DNA of 64,000 nucleotides from Lobosporangium transversale (Eukaryota): NCBI RefSeq assembly GCF_002105155.1, contig NW_019029018.1, positions 186,001 to 250,000 of the forward strand, read 5' to 3'. Shown piece by piece: positions 1 to 13,200 of this stretch (position 1 is its first letter; each line of letters starts with the position of its first letter). The notes under the pieces were generated by a model. It saw only the letters and a program-made list of their open reading frames with translations, ran no database searches and was not told where the DNA came from. The position numbers and the translations under genes were made by a program.

Positions 1-615
1 TTCTTATTTTTTATTTTTTTTATGAATCTCACGATCTCAATTGCATCCTCGCTTGGACATTGATTGACGCATCAATTCGGTTATTCTCTCATTCCTTATC
101 CTTTCCCCTTTCCGTCGTCCTTCACTTCCTCTCTTTTTCTCTCTTTCTTTCTATTCCTTTTTTTATTTTATTTATTGATTTCTCTGCTCTCTTCTCTCTC
201 CTCTTCCTTTCTCAATCCCTGTCAAATCTATCGAGTTCTTTACTTTCTTTGCTTATATTCGCACCCAGACAGACAAACCAAAGGAAAAAAGTAAGCAAAG
301 CACCGCAATGTGCTCTCACTTGGGTTGCACCATGTCCATATATACACACAAACAACAACAGCAATAGCAATCATAAATAAAATGACACTAATTCTATTCT
401 TATGCATTCACTTTTTCACATTTCACAGACTTTGTTCAATTGCTTTATACATTACGGTTTCATCGCATTCCTCATCCTTTCTTTCAGTACATCTAGATCG
501 CGTTTCTTCACCAACGAGGCGCGTCAAGAGCTTTTAGCCGCACCACTTTTTTTTTTTTTTTTTTTTTTTGCAATTTCGTTTTTACGGGATTGAGATACTC
601 CTCCCGTTGGTTTGA

Positions 616-3574
616 ATGGACAAGCCCATCAATGGCGACAAGTATGTTCGCACGCTTTCTCACTACTTTCGCCACAATCAAAAGCGTCTTGTCCCAGTAG
701 ATCCCGATGCCAGTAACGACACCAAAGGAATTACACAGGGTGCAAGAGAGAACAAGAGCAGCAGCAGCAACCACAGCAATAGTGTTGTAGGACAGAGTGT
801 CCGCTCCATTATCACGCCTGCGGATCCCATGGCCGCTGCATATTCTGGCATGGTCAATTCGCTCTGGTCTGTGGGGAGTGCCGTCGTTGATTCATTAACT
901 CCTTCGTCTACTCAGAGACCCCCAACAACGGCTCAGGATCGTGACTCGTATAGCGGAGCCTGGGATGGGACAGGGACAATTCCCGCAGACTCTAATCCGC
1001 GAGAACGACAGCTGTATCTTCAGGCCCAATTGAAAGCGCCGATCTTTCCTCTAGATTTATACTATCTCCTCTATTTGCTGGACCGATTTGAACTAGAGGG
1101 GATTGAAATTGAAGGATGGGAAGGGAGTGTCCCTCGAGCTGTCGGTGACTCGAAGCCACGTGTTCTGAATGCGAGCAATGGATCGACTTACTCGTCTTTC
1201 CCGCCCCCAAATGCTTCAACGCGTCCACAATCTATTCGGTCCTTCTCATCAACTGCTCTCTCAACCTTGACGCTCATCACAGGATGGAAACAATGGTCAA
1301 GTGCGGCGTCCTCGAACACAAACAACATGACCATCTCGGACGACGTTCACTTTATCCACAAGTTCTTGAAAAAGATTGCTGGTCTACGTCTCGTCGCAAA
1401 AATGGCTCCTGACCTTGATCCCGCTGGCAAGGGCAAGATTGAAGGCTATAATGCGCAAGAGATTTTAAATATACTGGCTGTCAACCCCTCAGACGACTCT
1501 TCTTCTTCTTCCTCGAGACGACAACAACAACAACGAGTCTTGCTCCCCTTGGCAGCCACATTCTCATCTCTGACTCATTTAGAGCTACATAAAATCCCAC
1601 CAAAGTGTGTTGATGGATGGGAGACTTTGATGCGTCAATTAAAGTCACTGGTCATTATTCAAGCTGGGCTGGAGGATGTTCACGATGCGATCGTTACAGC
1701 AGTGGTTGAGAGTGAGAGGCGCCGTCGAGAACGAATCTCTAAAGAGAAGAACCGGGCTGTTTTGATTCGACAGGAGCAACGAGAGGCACTAAAAGATTCA
1801 ACCTCAGTCACTATGGGCCGTCGTCATGGGCAAGGATCTTCTTCCGGATCATCCTCTTCTGGACCATCCTCACCCGAGAACTCTCAACCACCCTCACCAT
1901 CGTTAGCTGTTGATTTAAGCGGAGACGAAGCAGTAATATTGAATTCTATCGAAATGTGGCCAGTCCTGCGACACTTGTCTGTTTCTGATAATGCCATCCC
2001 TACTTTGAAACACAACGACACATTCTTGTATGCTCAGGCGATTGTTACATTAGATCTCTCTCATAATCTGCTGATTGCGCCACCACATGCTCTCATTCAT
2101 CTGCACAATTTACACTATCTCAATCTGTCTTACAATATGCTTTCAGGTGTTCAGGCGATCTACCAAATTCTGGGCAATATTGCAGTACTAGACCTGCGAG
2201 GCAATCGACTGGAGAGCCTGTGTGGTTTGGAGAGACTATGGAACTTGGAAAAGGTCGATGTTCGTGAGAACAACCTGGATGAAGCTGCAGAAGTGGGACG
2301 ATTGGCAGCCCTCCCTTGCATTCGTGAAATCTGGGCAGAAATGAACCCATTTTGCACTATCCAGGTAAGATATAAAATCTATCATTCCTCTTTTGGAATG
2401 AGACTGTTTTTTTTTTTATTCTTTCTAATCCAAATTTTTCTTGTTCCTCTCCTCCTCTCTCTAGCCAAAGTACCGTCTTGAGATCCTGGCTGTATTCAAG
2501 GCGAATGGACATGAATTGCTTCTTGATGGGTCATTTGCCTCGTTTGCAGAGAAACGTACTCTTGCAAACATGAGCCCAACATCGTTTTCATCCACAATTT
2601 CGAGTATCAGTGTCGTTAATGTAGCTAATATACCCGCAGCGTCCGTCCCAACAGCTACTTTGGCTAAGGAGCTTGCGCCACCACCACCACGCATTACCAG
2701 ACCAACTGATGCTACGAAACAAGAAACACATGGCAACATTAATGATGATAGTAGCACAGAGTTGGATACTACAGACAAGGATGGATTGGCTGCTGCATCG
2801 CCTGGCATCAACCCTTCGTCTCCTGTCAAACTTGTCAAGAAGAAGCTAGTCAGGTCGTCCAAGCGGGTTAAACGCATTGTGAACCTTGACAGTGATCATG
2901 ACGACGACAGCCATGAGGAGGAAGGGGAGGAGGCGGAGATAGGCGAACATCATGATGTAGCTGAAGGAAATGCGGCAGTAGCTCATCCCAAGCCCTTGGA
3001 CGCACGTGCTGCTAGCGTTAAAAAGAAGAGGTCAACCAAGAAGGCTGGTGCTAGTGTTGATGCTGAGAAAACAGGGAATGAAAGTGGGGAAGGTGTTCCA
3101 AAGAAGAGCAGAAAGAAGTCAACAAAGAAAAAGAGCTCTGGCCTTGTCAGTTTTGCTCCAGATAGTAACGGCAATAACAATGGAGCAGCAGATCTTGGCG
3201 AAGACTGCATTGATCATTCAGAGTGCAGAGACAACCATCACGTTCACCGCTTAGCACAACTGGAGCGCTCTTTGAACTCGATCCAGCTCAATAATAATAA
3301 TAATAATCACCATGGTAATCAACATCAGGCGCGGCATAACCAGCCCTCACGGGGGATCCTCAAAAGGTCCTCAGGCGTGTTTGATCCGAATGACCCTGCG
3401 GGCATGAGGCCGTCTTCACCCAATGGATCTATGTGTTCATCCGATGATGGGGGTGCAGAAGCCTACAGACGCAAAATTGAAGCTATGCGTAACGAAGCTG
3501 GGTCCAATTGGCTAAAGGTCTTGGCAGAGATGGACAGCGAAAACACTGTGCCACAGAGAGATAGTGGCATGTAA
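616..3574 (+). CDS. Leucine-rich repeat protein (nischarin/STK11IP-like LRR); exons 616-2364 and 2465-3574
   Basis: LRR motifs (LRHLSVSDNAI, IVTLDLSHNLL, LHYLNLSYNML, IAVLDLRGNRL, LEKVDVRENNL). GT-AG intron 2365-2464 joins the two ORFs in frame (CTIQ|PKYRLEIL). Confidence 0.8.
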
Positions 3575-5232
3575 AAAAAAAAAAAAGCAGACCTTTATTA
3601 AGAGAAGTAATAATATATCACACGTGATTTATACCGTCGTTGTGTCACTAAATTTGTCCACATGGACCTTATTTAGACTCAATTTTTTTAATAATAATAG
3701 GAATGAAAAAAATAGCATATTTCATTAGAGTTCAGAAAGTCGCTGACAAAACGATGATTGAATTGATTTGGTGGCTGATTGTCTGAAATGGAAGGTGAAA
3801 ATATACTTATTGACGACTTTCCGATGAAGACTCTATCATAGACAGTGGCTCATTTTAACAAGATAGATGAACCATTTGTTATTGAACGTGATCTTGCCAC
3901 ACCACCGCTCGCCCTTCTACGCCTTATCTTTTCATGGATTGGCCATAGTTTTGAAACAGACATGCCTCACAAAGAATGCGACCAGGAGATAGAGAGGTTG
4001 GATCCAAATGTCTGCACAGCAGAAAACTTCTATTGGATCTCACCTCGAACTTCCGCGGTAGCTGTCGGGACTTTCAGAATCAAGGAGACTGTTTTGGTAA
4101 ATCACATTGCTTTCCTTCGTTCGTATGAGGCACGGGATCCACTTCACCCTGAAATGGATGCGAGAGAAAAAGGTGATATGAAAGAAGAGGTCAGGAAGGG
4201 AATACGCAGGCACAACCACCATAAGCCGTCTTTACTTGACGCCTCCCAAAGCTAATAAAGGTCATATGGACAAGTAAACTAGAGATCATAGTAGACATAG
4301 TGATATGATAATGAAAAGTCAAAGACTGCTGCTATGAAGTAACTCGACGGCAGAGTCGAGAAAAGTGGAAGAAAAAATAAAAAGAATAAAATCAGGTTGT
4401 TTCTTTTTTTTTCCCCTCTTTTCTTTCCTTTATGCAAAATAAATAAAATATAAAAAATACATCAGCAATCCCCTATGATTTATAATAATGTGATAAAACT
4501 TGTGTCGCTGCAGTTTATAGACACAGATGTCTTCATAAAGATCATAAAAGGTCTGTACTCAGGTTGCCTGAGAAATCTTTCCTTTTCATCTGAAGGAATA
4601 GCACCACGCAAGGGGGCCTCCTTTCCTCAAATAAATCTTCTACGACAGAAAGCGGCGATTCCACAACCTGGAGTTGTCCCTGGTGAAGATGAGGATGATG
4701 GATAAAAAGCGAATAATGCTCCGTAGATGAAACTACAATGTTAGAAAGCTAAATGCTGATAATTATGACATGGACAGTGGAAATGTTTGTACTTCGAAGT
4801 TGAGCGTAGAAAGGAGTTAGATCATAGGGAAAAAGAAATAAAATAAAATAAAGCAAACGAATTGAAAAGGACGCAGTTCGCTCGTGTAAATAGATTGTAT
4901 TTCGCTTCATTTATCTTAAATAATTTTGGACATGTCGTGGACATGCAGCGGACATGGCAGGACTCAAGCATTGGACATGTCCCACCATACCCAGAAAATT
5001 TCAGATGTGTCACTTACTAAGACGTTACCTGTATAAATGGCTCCCCTTACGTCTTCAAGTTGCACACAAAAGATGAAGGAATGAGAAGAAGCCACTTCGT
5101 TGAGAAAGATCCTAGACTATTTAAGCATAAGAATTGTAGATATCTCTTTGAGGTTCTTTTTCTTCCTTCACCACTCTCATCAACCAAACTCACCTCTATC
5201 AAATCCTTAAACTGCCCTAGTATTCGAAAACA

Positions 5233-5565
5233 ATGAAAGCCCTAAAATCCTCATCTACCAATATCAAGGCTTGCAATTGGACCCTCCTCAAGCACCATGT
5301 CCTAATGGCCATTATTGCTATGGCTACGCTGGCTACTGTATCGGCAGGAGTCTGTCCTCATCCAAAACCGGAAGGCGAATTGGTTCTCGGTTTTCAATGT
5401 CCCGAACCGAATGGCATGTATAAAAACCCAAAGGACTGTCATTCCTTTTATATTTGCAGGGATGGTGTTGCAAGACTGGGGAAGTGCTCTGGTGGCTTCG
5501 AATGGAACGATGAGGATAAAATATGCGACTTTCCAGAAGATGCTAGATGTAAGATTAGTGGCTAG
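5233..5565 (+). CDS. Small secreted chitin-binding protein, CBM14/peritrophin-A domain
   Basis: Hydrophobic leader ending ATVSA, then six-Cys pattern FQCP..NGMYKNPKDCHSFYICRDG....KCSGGFEWN....ICDF....RC. Intronless; AATAAA at 5606-5611. Confidence 0.85.
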   Translation: MKALKSSSTNIKACNWTLLKHHVLMAIIAMATLATVSAGVCPHPKPEGELVLGFQCPEPNGMYKNPKDCHSFYICRDGVARLGKCSGGFEWNDEDKICDFPEDARCKISG

Positions 5566-5622
5566 TATGGTCTCCGCTTTAGCCATTACAGCACATAGAT
5601 TACCAAATAAAGATCATCATAG

Positions 5623-6150
5623 CAGAGATAACTGGCTTTTGGCAGCCAAACATTCATAACGATGCTGCATTTTGATCCTTTCGTGTTGGCCTTCATATAT
5701 CTTACTGATGCAGAACACAGTAAGCGCTGGACTGCCTATCCATTAATAGGGGGCGTGAGCTGGATTAAGACTGTCGTGAGACAAGTTAGTTTTTGCCAAA
5801 CTGATGAAATGTTTATTCCAATAGTAATTGAAGTTTGTACAAGAGAGACCATTCGTTCGGAATATTGGTATTTGAGGCCGACTGGACAGGTAATGGCCCG
5901 AAGCTCTCGTCCGTCGGACTATGGCTGGATGCCTCAAAGTCAGAATCCGTAGTTAGAACGCGACAATGATTTTTTTTTTCCGATTTTTTCTCCTCTATAT
6001 TTAATACGAATAAGAGACTTTGACTTCAGAAGTATGCTATGCAGGGTGTAGAGAGATTTGTGTAGTGCTTGTTAATGTTGAAGCTGAATATCGGGAGAGA
6101 CAGACCTACTGCAGACAACTTTTAGGCAACATGACATTGAAATTGTAAAG
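5623..6150 (+). pseudogene. Decayed 28S/25S rRNA 3'-region fragment
   Basis: Recognisable LSU motifs with many substitutions: GATAACTGGCTTTTGGCAGCC, GTGAGCTGGATTAAGACTGTCGTGAGACAAGTTAG, AAGTCAGAATCC. Sarcin-ricin loop is mutated. Aligns to 26715-27050. Confidence 0.85.
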
Positions 6151-7718
6151 TAAATCAAGCCAGCAAAAAAGTAGTTGAGGCTGGGCACTTTGTTATTCAG
6201 ATTTATTCGGAATAACAACATTAGAGGTGATGATGTTATCAGCTCGTAGCAAGCACATAAGTAAAGTAGTGTATATTGGCTCCTACATTCCATAGCTAAT
6301 CCTCTTTGTAGCGCCTATTTCATTGCATTGTTCGTTAATGTGTTCAGTTAAGCTTGTTCCCTGTGGAAGGCCCCTCTAGCCTTCTCTTCAGTCGGCATTA
6401 GAAGGGCTTGAAGCTGTATGAGGCGAGAAGTTGACAGTGTCTGGAAAAATAAACAAAGAATATGAATAATGCATTAATTCAGTAAGGGTAGTGGATATAT
6501 CCTTCTATGCATATAGTAGCCAGGATCATGTATTATGCATAAGTGTGGTTGACCCCATTGAAATTCAGGATAGAATATGATCGTGTACACAAGTGTACAA
6601 CTGGAAATTGGAATAAACGCTCTGAACTTACATCTTTTGTCTCACCACCAAATATATTACCACAGCCGCTCAACACCAAATAGGCATAGGTGGGTGGAAT
6701 ATTGCCCCTCTTGAATAAAGACACTATAGTTGAGACACACACTAAGGTAATACAGGTGATCCAGATGATCCAGACGGTAACAAGAGTGACAAGGAAGGAG
6801 TGAAGAGATTTCAGGTCTGTACCAGGTTAGTGTATTGTCTTTAATAATTTTCAATGTGTTACTTATCTTATTTTACTTTTGTCTGCTTTCAGTGTATGGG
6901 AGAGATATGGGTCCTAAGCCTTTTACTGCAGATGTATGCTACAGTAGAAGCGCCAGTAGTTGCAAGGACAGCAGGATGAGCAGTCTCGTAACAAATAGAT
7001 AAATAAATATCAGATATATATCCGGCTAAATAAAGTATCTGTAATCAAAGTGAGTTGTCGTGTTTCGTCTGAATAAGAGTTGCTTTCCGCCTTTCAGAGG
7101 AGAAATGTACCTCCCTTAGTTCAAAAAGAGTAACAAGTTAGAGTGGCCCTGGAAATGAGAGGATCTTTAGTTATATAGAGCGATCGAAACGCCATTTCAA
7201 CAGAATATTGATGTAACCAATGTTGAGCAATCGTCTCAACATTTGATGGATATTTGTGCTTGCTTAAGGTAAAATAATAAAAAATAAAAAATAAAGCCTT
7301 GATACCAAGAGCCAGAAACCAATCCACCCATCATGTTTCTCATGCTGATATCAGAGCAGTGTCAAACCGAAGGTATCGCTTACATCACACTCGTCAAGAG
7401 ATGATGACCGGTAACGGCATCGATCCTCTATTCCTACAGGCTTTGATTTGTGCGAGACGGTACTGTGCAGCAGCTGTAAAGGGGTCGCGTAGTTTGAAGA
7501 GAGCGTTAGATATTGCGTTATTCTAGGCATGAGATGTGCAAAGACTAAACCAAGGATAGCCTCAAAAAGAAGAAAAAGCATTTGGCACTCTATTCCGTAT
7601 CGACCCACACTTTCAGATGGAGTTATTTTTTATTTATTGCACGCTGGGTGTCATATTTTGCTATAACTACGCCTATCCACAGGATCACATAGTAGGGTGT
7701 ATAACTATAGCGTGCAGG

Positions 7719-8065
7719 TCAAAAAAGGTAACCAAGATCAAAGCCGAAGTTACTATCAACATCGAGATTGACGCCTTGCACCCGATCTGAATACCTCATC
7801 AAGTCAAGGAACTCATCTTTGATCCCAACATCTATGTCAATACCAAGACCGAGGTTCAAGTTAAAGACACTTGCTTTGGCTTTGATGAGATTGACGTCCG
7901 AATCAGCACCTATAGAGGTTGAAACTCCGGCAATGAACATATCGGCACTGACCTGTTCGATTGGCTCTCAGCTTGGCTTGATCGCATGCATAATGGGAGT
8001 TTTGGCTTCGGTTGTGCACGCCTTGAGGACAGGGCCTTCTGATTCTGCTGTTGCATTCACGCGTA
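7719..8065 (-). pseudogene. Frameshifted remnant of a small Gly-rich hypothetical protein
   Basis: Protein-like segments in shifting frames with a stop (NATAESEGP..; KASVFNLNLGLGIDIDVGIKDE; GIQIGCKASISM; SNFGFDLGYLF). Family resemblance is from memory only. Confidence 0.4.
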
Positions 8066-8293
8066 GAAGGCTGTTGCTCCGTCCACTTCGTCTATAGTTT
8101 GAACCTTGAAGCCGAGTAGAGCTGCAAATACGCAATCGCAAGGATAATCGGGATGCAAAAGTATAGGTCAAGGGTCAAGGGCTATTGTTATTTATTCTGA
8201 GGAGTTTAGCTAAAACTATGGATATTATTATTTATACTATCTAACTTCTCAGCTAGAAATTGGGCAAAACAGGATTAGTGTAACAGGCCAATC

Positions 8294-9451
8294 CTAGCAC
8301 GGGGCGTCAAGCGCCTGGAAAACACCGTCATTATTCATGATAACGTCTCTGAGATCGAAGCTATCCGTAACCCAGGAGCAATCTATCTTGCGGAGCTCCG
8401 CAGATAACACCGACTCGTTGAGCCTAGTTCCTTGCGCCGATTCCTGGAAGGACTTCCTCCCCCAGATGAACTTGCCGTCGGCGTTGCCGAGGGACATGTT
8501 GAGGTCGATAGAGGCATCGCACCACGAGCCGTTGCTTCGCTGTAGCTCAGCTCGCAGCACATTGGGGGTGTTGGCGTCGAGCCTAACATTCCGAGATGAG
8601 CCTATAAATGGCCTTGGCACGGCTTCTCCGGGCTTAGTGACGTGAACTTCGATTTTACCTGTGTCGGTAGACCTTGTCTTGATGTACGCTAGGTCAGGCC
8701 GCTCATGATGAGTGAAGTCCACCATTAGCCACCGCCCATTGTCCTCTGGATAAAAAGATGTGGCGACGTCGATCACACGGCTTTTCCATCCAGAACTCGC
8801 AGAGACGGCATGGACCTCAACCATTCCGCATTTAGTGTTCCTGGTCTTGATGTAGTAGAGGTCGGCAAAATCCCCGTCGCACTTTGGTGCGAGGCACCAG
8901 GTGCCGTTGTCTTCGACACCAAAGTCGGTTGCGACATGTTGCGTGAACTGTTGATAGTTTGTTGCTTTGCTAGCAACATGATACTCGATCATGTTTGAAC
9001 CACAATTCCGAGTCTTGATAAAGACTAAATCACCTTTTCTAGACATAGTCCAGACTCCGTTGTCATCGCAGATGAAGCAAGTGCCGGTCCGGAGGACAAA
9101 GTTCTGATATCCAGAGGCAGCATCAGCGACGTGCACTTCCACTGTGTTAGTGCTAGTCTTGCGTGTCTGAATATATATCAAATCAGCCTTGCCATCGCCG
9201 GTCCAGTCCTGCATCAGCCATGTTCCGTTGTCCTCAAGGCCGAAAACGGTGTCAGTAGCCAGGTTGTGTTGCTGGAAACGGAATTGATTGAAGGATGCAT
9301 GGACTTCGATCTTGCCAGTGCTGGTGTTTCTGGTCTTGATGTAAACGAGATCTTGGGAGCCATCGCCATTGATATCAGCCAACGACCAGACGCCATTGTC
9401 CTCCACGTAAAAAACAGTGCCCGTTGCAAGGAATCTATGTTGGTATGCCAT
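8294..9451 (-). CDS. Five FG-GAP/VCBS-like repeats fused to a C-terminal cyanovirin-N homology (CVNH) domain; putative lectin
   Basis: Five ~51-56 aa repeats (xxTxFxxEDNGxW..D..GDG..DLxYIKTRNT.TGxxEVH). C-terminus F..SSRNVRL..LRAELQRSNGSW.DASIDLN..LGNADGKF.WG..SF.ESA fits CVNH. No introns, no signal peptide. Confidence 0.8.
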   Translation of the reverse strand: MAYQHRFLATGTVFYVEDNGVWSLADINGDGSQDLVYIKTRNTSTGKIEVHASFNQFRFQQHNLATDTVFGLEDNGTWLMQDWTGDGKADLIYIQTRKTSTNTVEVHVADAASGYQNFVLRTGTCFICDDNGVWTMSRKGDLVFIKTRNCGSNMIEYHVASKATNYQQFTQHVATDFGVEDNGTWCLAPKCDGDFADLYYIKTRNTKCGMVEVHAVSASSGWKSRVIDVATSFYPEDNGRWLMVDFTHHERPDLAYIKTRSTDTGKIEVHVTKPGEAVPRPFIGSSRNVRLDANTPNVLRAELQRSNGSWCDASIDLNMSLGNADGKFIWGRKSFQESAQGTRLNESVLSAELRKIDCSWVTDSFDLRDVIMNNDGVFQALDAPC

Positions 9452-10267
9452 GCCTGTACAATTTACTTTCTGGTGGCTTTAGGCGAGCGAAGATTGATGA
9501 TTCGTGTGATAATTGGGACAGGGGCAAGATAGAAAAGGGGTCGGTTTCGTTGCGGAATGGTGTTTCCAATATTCTTTGCCTATGGTATTTATACTTTTCG
9601 GTCTTGCGCTGTAGCATTCCTCCACTACATTAACTATGTTGATCTCTCCCTTTGTTAGGGCAGCATTGGCGTGAGAATTACTGTGTGCAATTGTGAACAA
9701 TGTGACTGCTTTAGAGTAAACAAAAAGGTCAGGCCTTGATTCTTGGCAAACAACCCTGTCCGCGGAGTCACATCCATTCCAGACACTATGGCAGCTGCAA
9801 GCAGCTCCATATATATATATATATATATATTATATGTACTTTGCCCTAAACGGCTTGAGTGCATGGACCTTGCCCGCGGAGCTTTGTTGCTTTGGATGCT
9901 TCACTAGATCATTGGCATTCGGTCCAGATAATATGATACTTTCAGAAACTCTACATCTACATTAATCCTGCCTGCCTTAAGCAGTCTAAGCACTTGGTTG
10001 GATCTTCCCCCTGGGAAACTGTTGGTCCGGATGCTTCTCAAGAGGTTTCATTTTTCACAAAGAATTTTCAGCGGGGATAATAACGTGAATAACACTTTTA
10101 TATAAGAAGCGCCTTCTGTGTTATATAAAGCGGTAGTCTTGTATGGTCTAACAAACCGGGTCAATTGGTGAAAAATACAAACGTGTTTTTGCTCATTCAC
10201 CTGTGCTATTTGCATACAGAGTATCACTGGAGACTTTTTATTGTTTTTTTTTTCTTTTTCTTTTTTT

Positions 10268-13200
10268 TTAATCTCGAATAATTGAGTACTCCGGGAAGGA
10301 CCTGACAGTGCATAACACTCTCCTTTTTGACAGACAACCCAAATAGTGCATCATCTCCTGAGTTAGAGGCAAGGGCATGGCCGTCAACACTAATGAGTTT
10401 TCTCCATTAGTACTTGCTAATTGGACTGTGTACTCGCGTATCATATCCCATCTACCATTATTTATGTTAACAGGAACAGCAGCAGCAGAAGTGGCAACAA
10501 AGTTCTTTGATGTCAGCGCAGAAGATGAATATTCATGAGAGAGAACAGATGGTGGTGGACGAATCACAAAGGTCTGAAGTCGCGGGCATGCCTTCATGAA
10601 CGCAGCTATGACGGAATACATTGAAGCTTGGTCTTCTATTCTCATACGATCTGCTTCTGCTTCTGCTTCGGTTAATTGAGGTTGCAAACTCGGGTGTGGT
10701 GACGATAAAGAGTAGGGAGGACAGTTTGAGGATTCCGCACCCTTGTTCCTTTTCTCGGGATCAGATGGAAGAGAATAATGCAATGCTGGTGCAAATGTCG
10801 ACTTCGTGATATCACATAGGTCGTCATTGTCCAAATCAATTGTCTCTCCTGGCTCCATTTCAAATGGTGAATCTGAGCCTACAGGGTTACTTAGGAACAT
10901 TGCTTTCTTGCATTGGATATTAAGATGCTTCAAACTTGTCAGATAAGAGCAAGGGATGGGCTTGAGAGGACATTCTTGGCCAACACTGGAGACAATGGGT
11001 GGTTGATAGACCTTAGAGATGAGTGTCTTGCTCAAATAGGAAAGCACAATGTGATCTGCATTTGCACTGTCAAACAAGCACTCTGCATTATTAGTTGCCT
11101 TAGAGCCATGGTATGCTTCTGTTCCTGTTCCACTACGGCCGCAAAAGAGTCCATTGCCCTCAAGCGAGTGCTTAGCCGACCTGAGGTTCTCCATATGATG
11201 CACATCCGGAGAGTTGGTACTCGACTCAACTTCGTGGCTATAACCCAGAAAGGCATAGATATCGGCTGCACGCCAAGGTATTAACCAGCCCTCAAGCTGC
11301 AAAACCTCAAGTTTGCATAGCATCCTCAATCGCTCATAGATGGATTCAATCTGCCAAGGCTTGCTGAACATGGGCAAGCTTGGCTGCTGAATCAGCTTTT
11401 CAGGGATTCTGGGTTTCCAACTCGGACGACGCCTGGGTGAGTGCAGTCGGAAGGCTCGTGCTTCTTCAAACTCATTTAGATACCCTTCCTGTTCATGCCA
11501 AAATGGGCGCTTGGGTTTGCTACCCCTGGCACTATTATTACCCATCTGTTTCTCCAATAGGCTTTGTTGCTGCTTCTGTTGTTCAAGCAATCGATAATAT
11601 CGACGATGATGCCGATAGGGCTTATGAAGGTTTCGATCCCACGATTTCATGATCGACTCGTAGTTCTCAGCATAGAGTGGAGCTTGGACATGCATGGGTC
11701 GTCCATCTGCAAATCTCCAGGAGAGATCTAGAGACTCAAGAGAATTAGAGCAGGCCCATTTCCTCTTTACGACATCATTCCTGATCTTGGCACCGCATGT
11801 TAGCGACGATGAGTCTGTCAATCCGAGTTCCTCGTCCTCGAACACCGCCATGGTGAGGTTCAGCTCTGCCGCAGAGAGTTCCTTGAGAGATGAGCACATC
11901 ATAAGGACATGTCGGATTGACTGGTCTGTCAAGAGTATGTTCTTGTCCACATTGAGGAATTGCAACGTTGCATGGGTTATATCCACAAACGCTATCAAAT
12001 CCTGGTCTGTCAGATCTAGGGTGTTATATAGGCAGAGCGAGGATAGCTGGGTGGCTCTTAACGGACCTAGATCACGCAGATTCTGCATTATCCACGGAGT
12101 CTTTGAGTACATGGTTACTCTATTTCCATCCAGTCTCAGGCGTCTCAGTCCTTTCCAGGACCTTGTTGGCTCCTCGCAATCAGTAGTATAGTCAAGCTCT
12201 TCCCATGCCTTCAAACTGACATATAAAGATAGTGGACGCTTAAACCGATCATTGATTGCAATAGGAGCCTCTGGATGTATCCAAGTACGGTTTTGAGCTG
12301 CTCTATTCATATCTGATGACCGTGGGCGGGTATCAGATTCTTCGTTCGTCAGTCGAAGATCTGTAACCAAAGGACATGCTTCAGAAAGAGTCCAGATGTC
12401 AGGTTCGGAAAACCAGACGCCTCCGAGGTGGAGTCTTGTGAGCGGAGGTTTGAATTTCGCAAAGATTTTGAGAGACTCAAAGGTTGAGATCAGGCGAGGA
12501 GGATTTATGGGCTGACTGAAGGTCGTTCCTGTGAATAGAACCTGTGCTTGTGTCTGCCCTTGTGTGCCTTGTGTATCTTGTGTACCTTGTGTAAGTGGAT
12601 GTGGATGTGGTTGGAGTGGTACAGATACTCGCCTGACGATCGTCAGCTCCGGGTCTAGGAAGTGGGGGGCAGGGATGATTTCTAGGTCTTGGAGATCTTG
12701 AGCACAGGCGCTTAACATCTCATCATATTGCAAGAAACAAGATTGGTGTGAAAGTAAACGATTGTGATGGAGTACAGTGCCAAAAAAACCCTGTTGCTGC
12801 TGCTGCTGCTGTTGTTGTAAAAAGGTTTGCATAAATGTGGACTCGCGCAAGTTTAGTTTGAGCTCTAGTCGTTTTAATCCACGCCCAATGCTCGATATTA
12901 TTTTCGTACCCATGACGGGTTGATGTTCTGTATGAGAAAAATCGAGCTTGAGGGTATGGAGTTGTGCTAGGCTAATAGTGTCTTGATTGTTGTATTGTCC
13001 GGAAGAGGGCCCAATTCCCGTATTACTAGGAGGTGCTACTGGGATACCTTCCTTGGTACGATACACTTTCTTAGAAGCATAGTAATATACCAATAGATCC
13101 ACTCCTCCGAATCTTAAGCATTCGTACGGCAACTTGAGAGACCGGACGTTAGGACAATGATGCGTGATCGCCTGAACAAACTGTCGGACCCATTGATCAC

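Noticed and set aside
60..593. Phe/Leu/Ser-rich short ORFs
   Set aside because: Low-complexity CT-rich 5' UTR/intron sequence upstream of the LRR gene.
3845..4255. 136-aa ORF
   Set aside because: GTG start and no recognisable domain; possibly a decayed remnant, not supportable as a gene.
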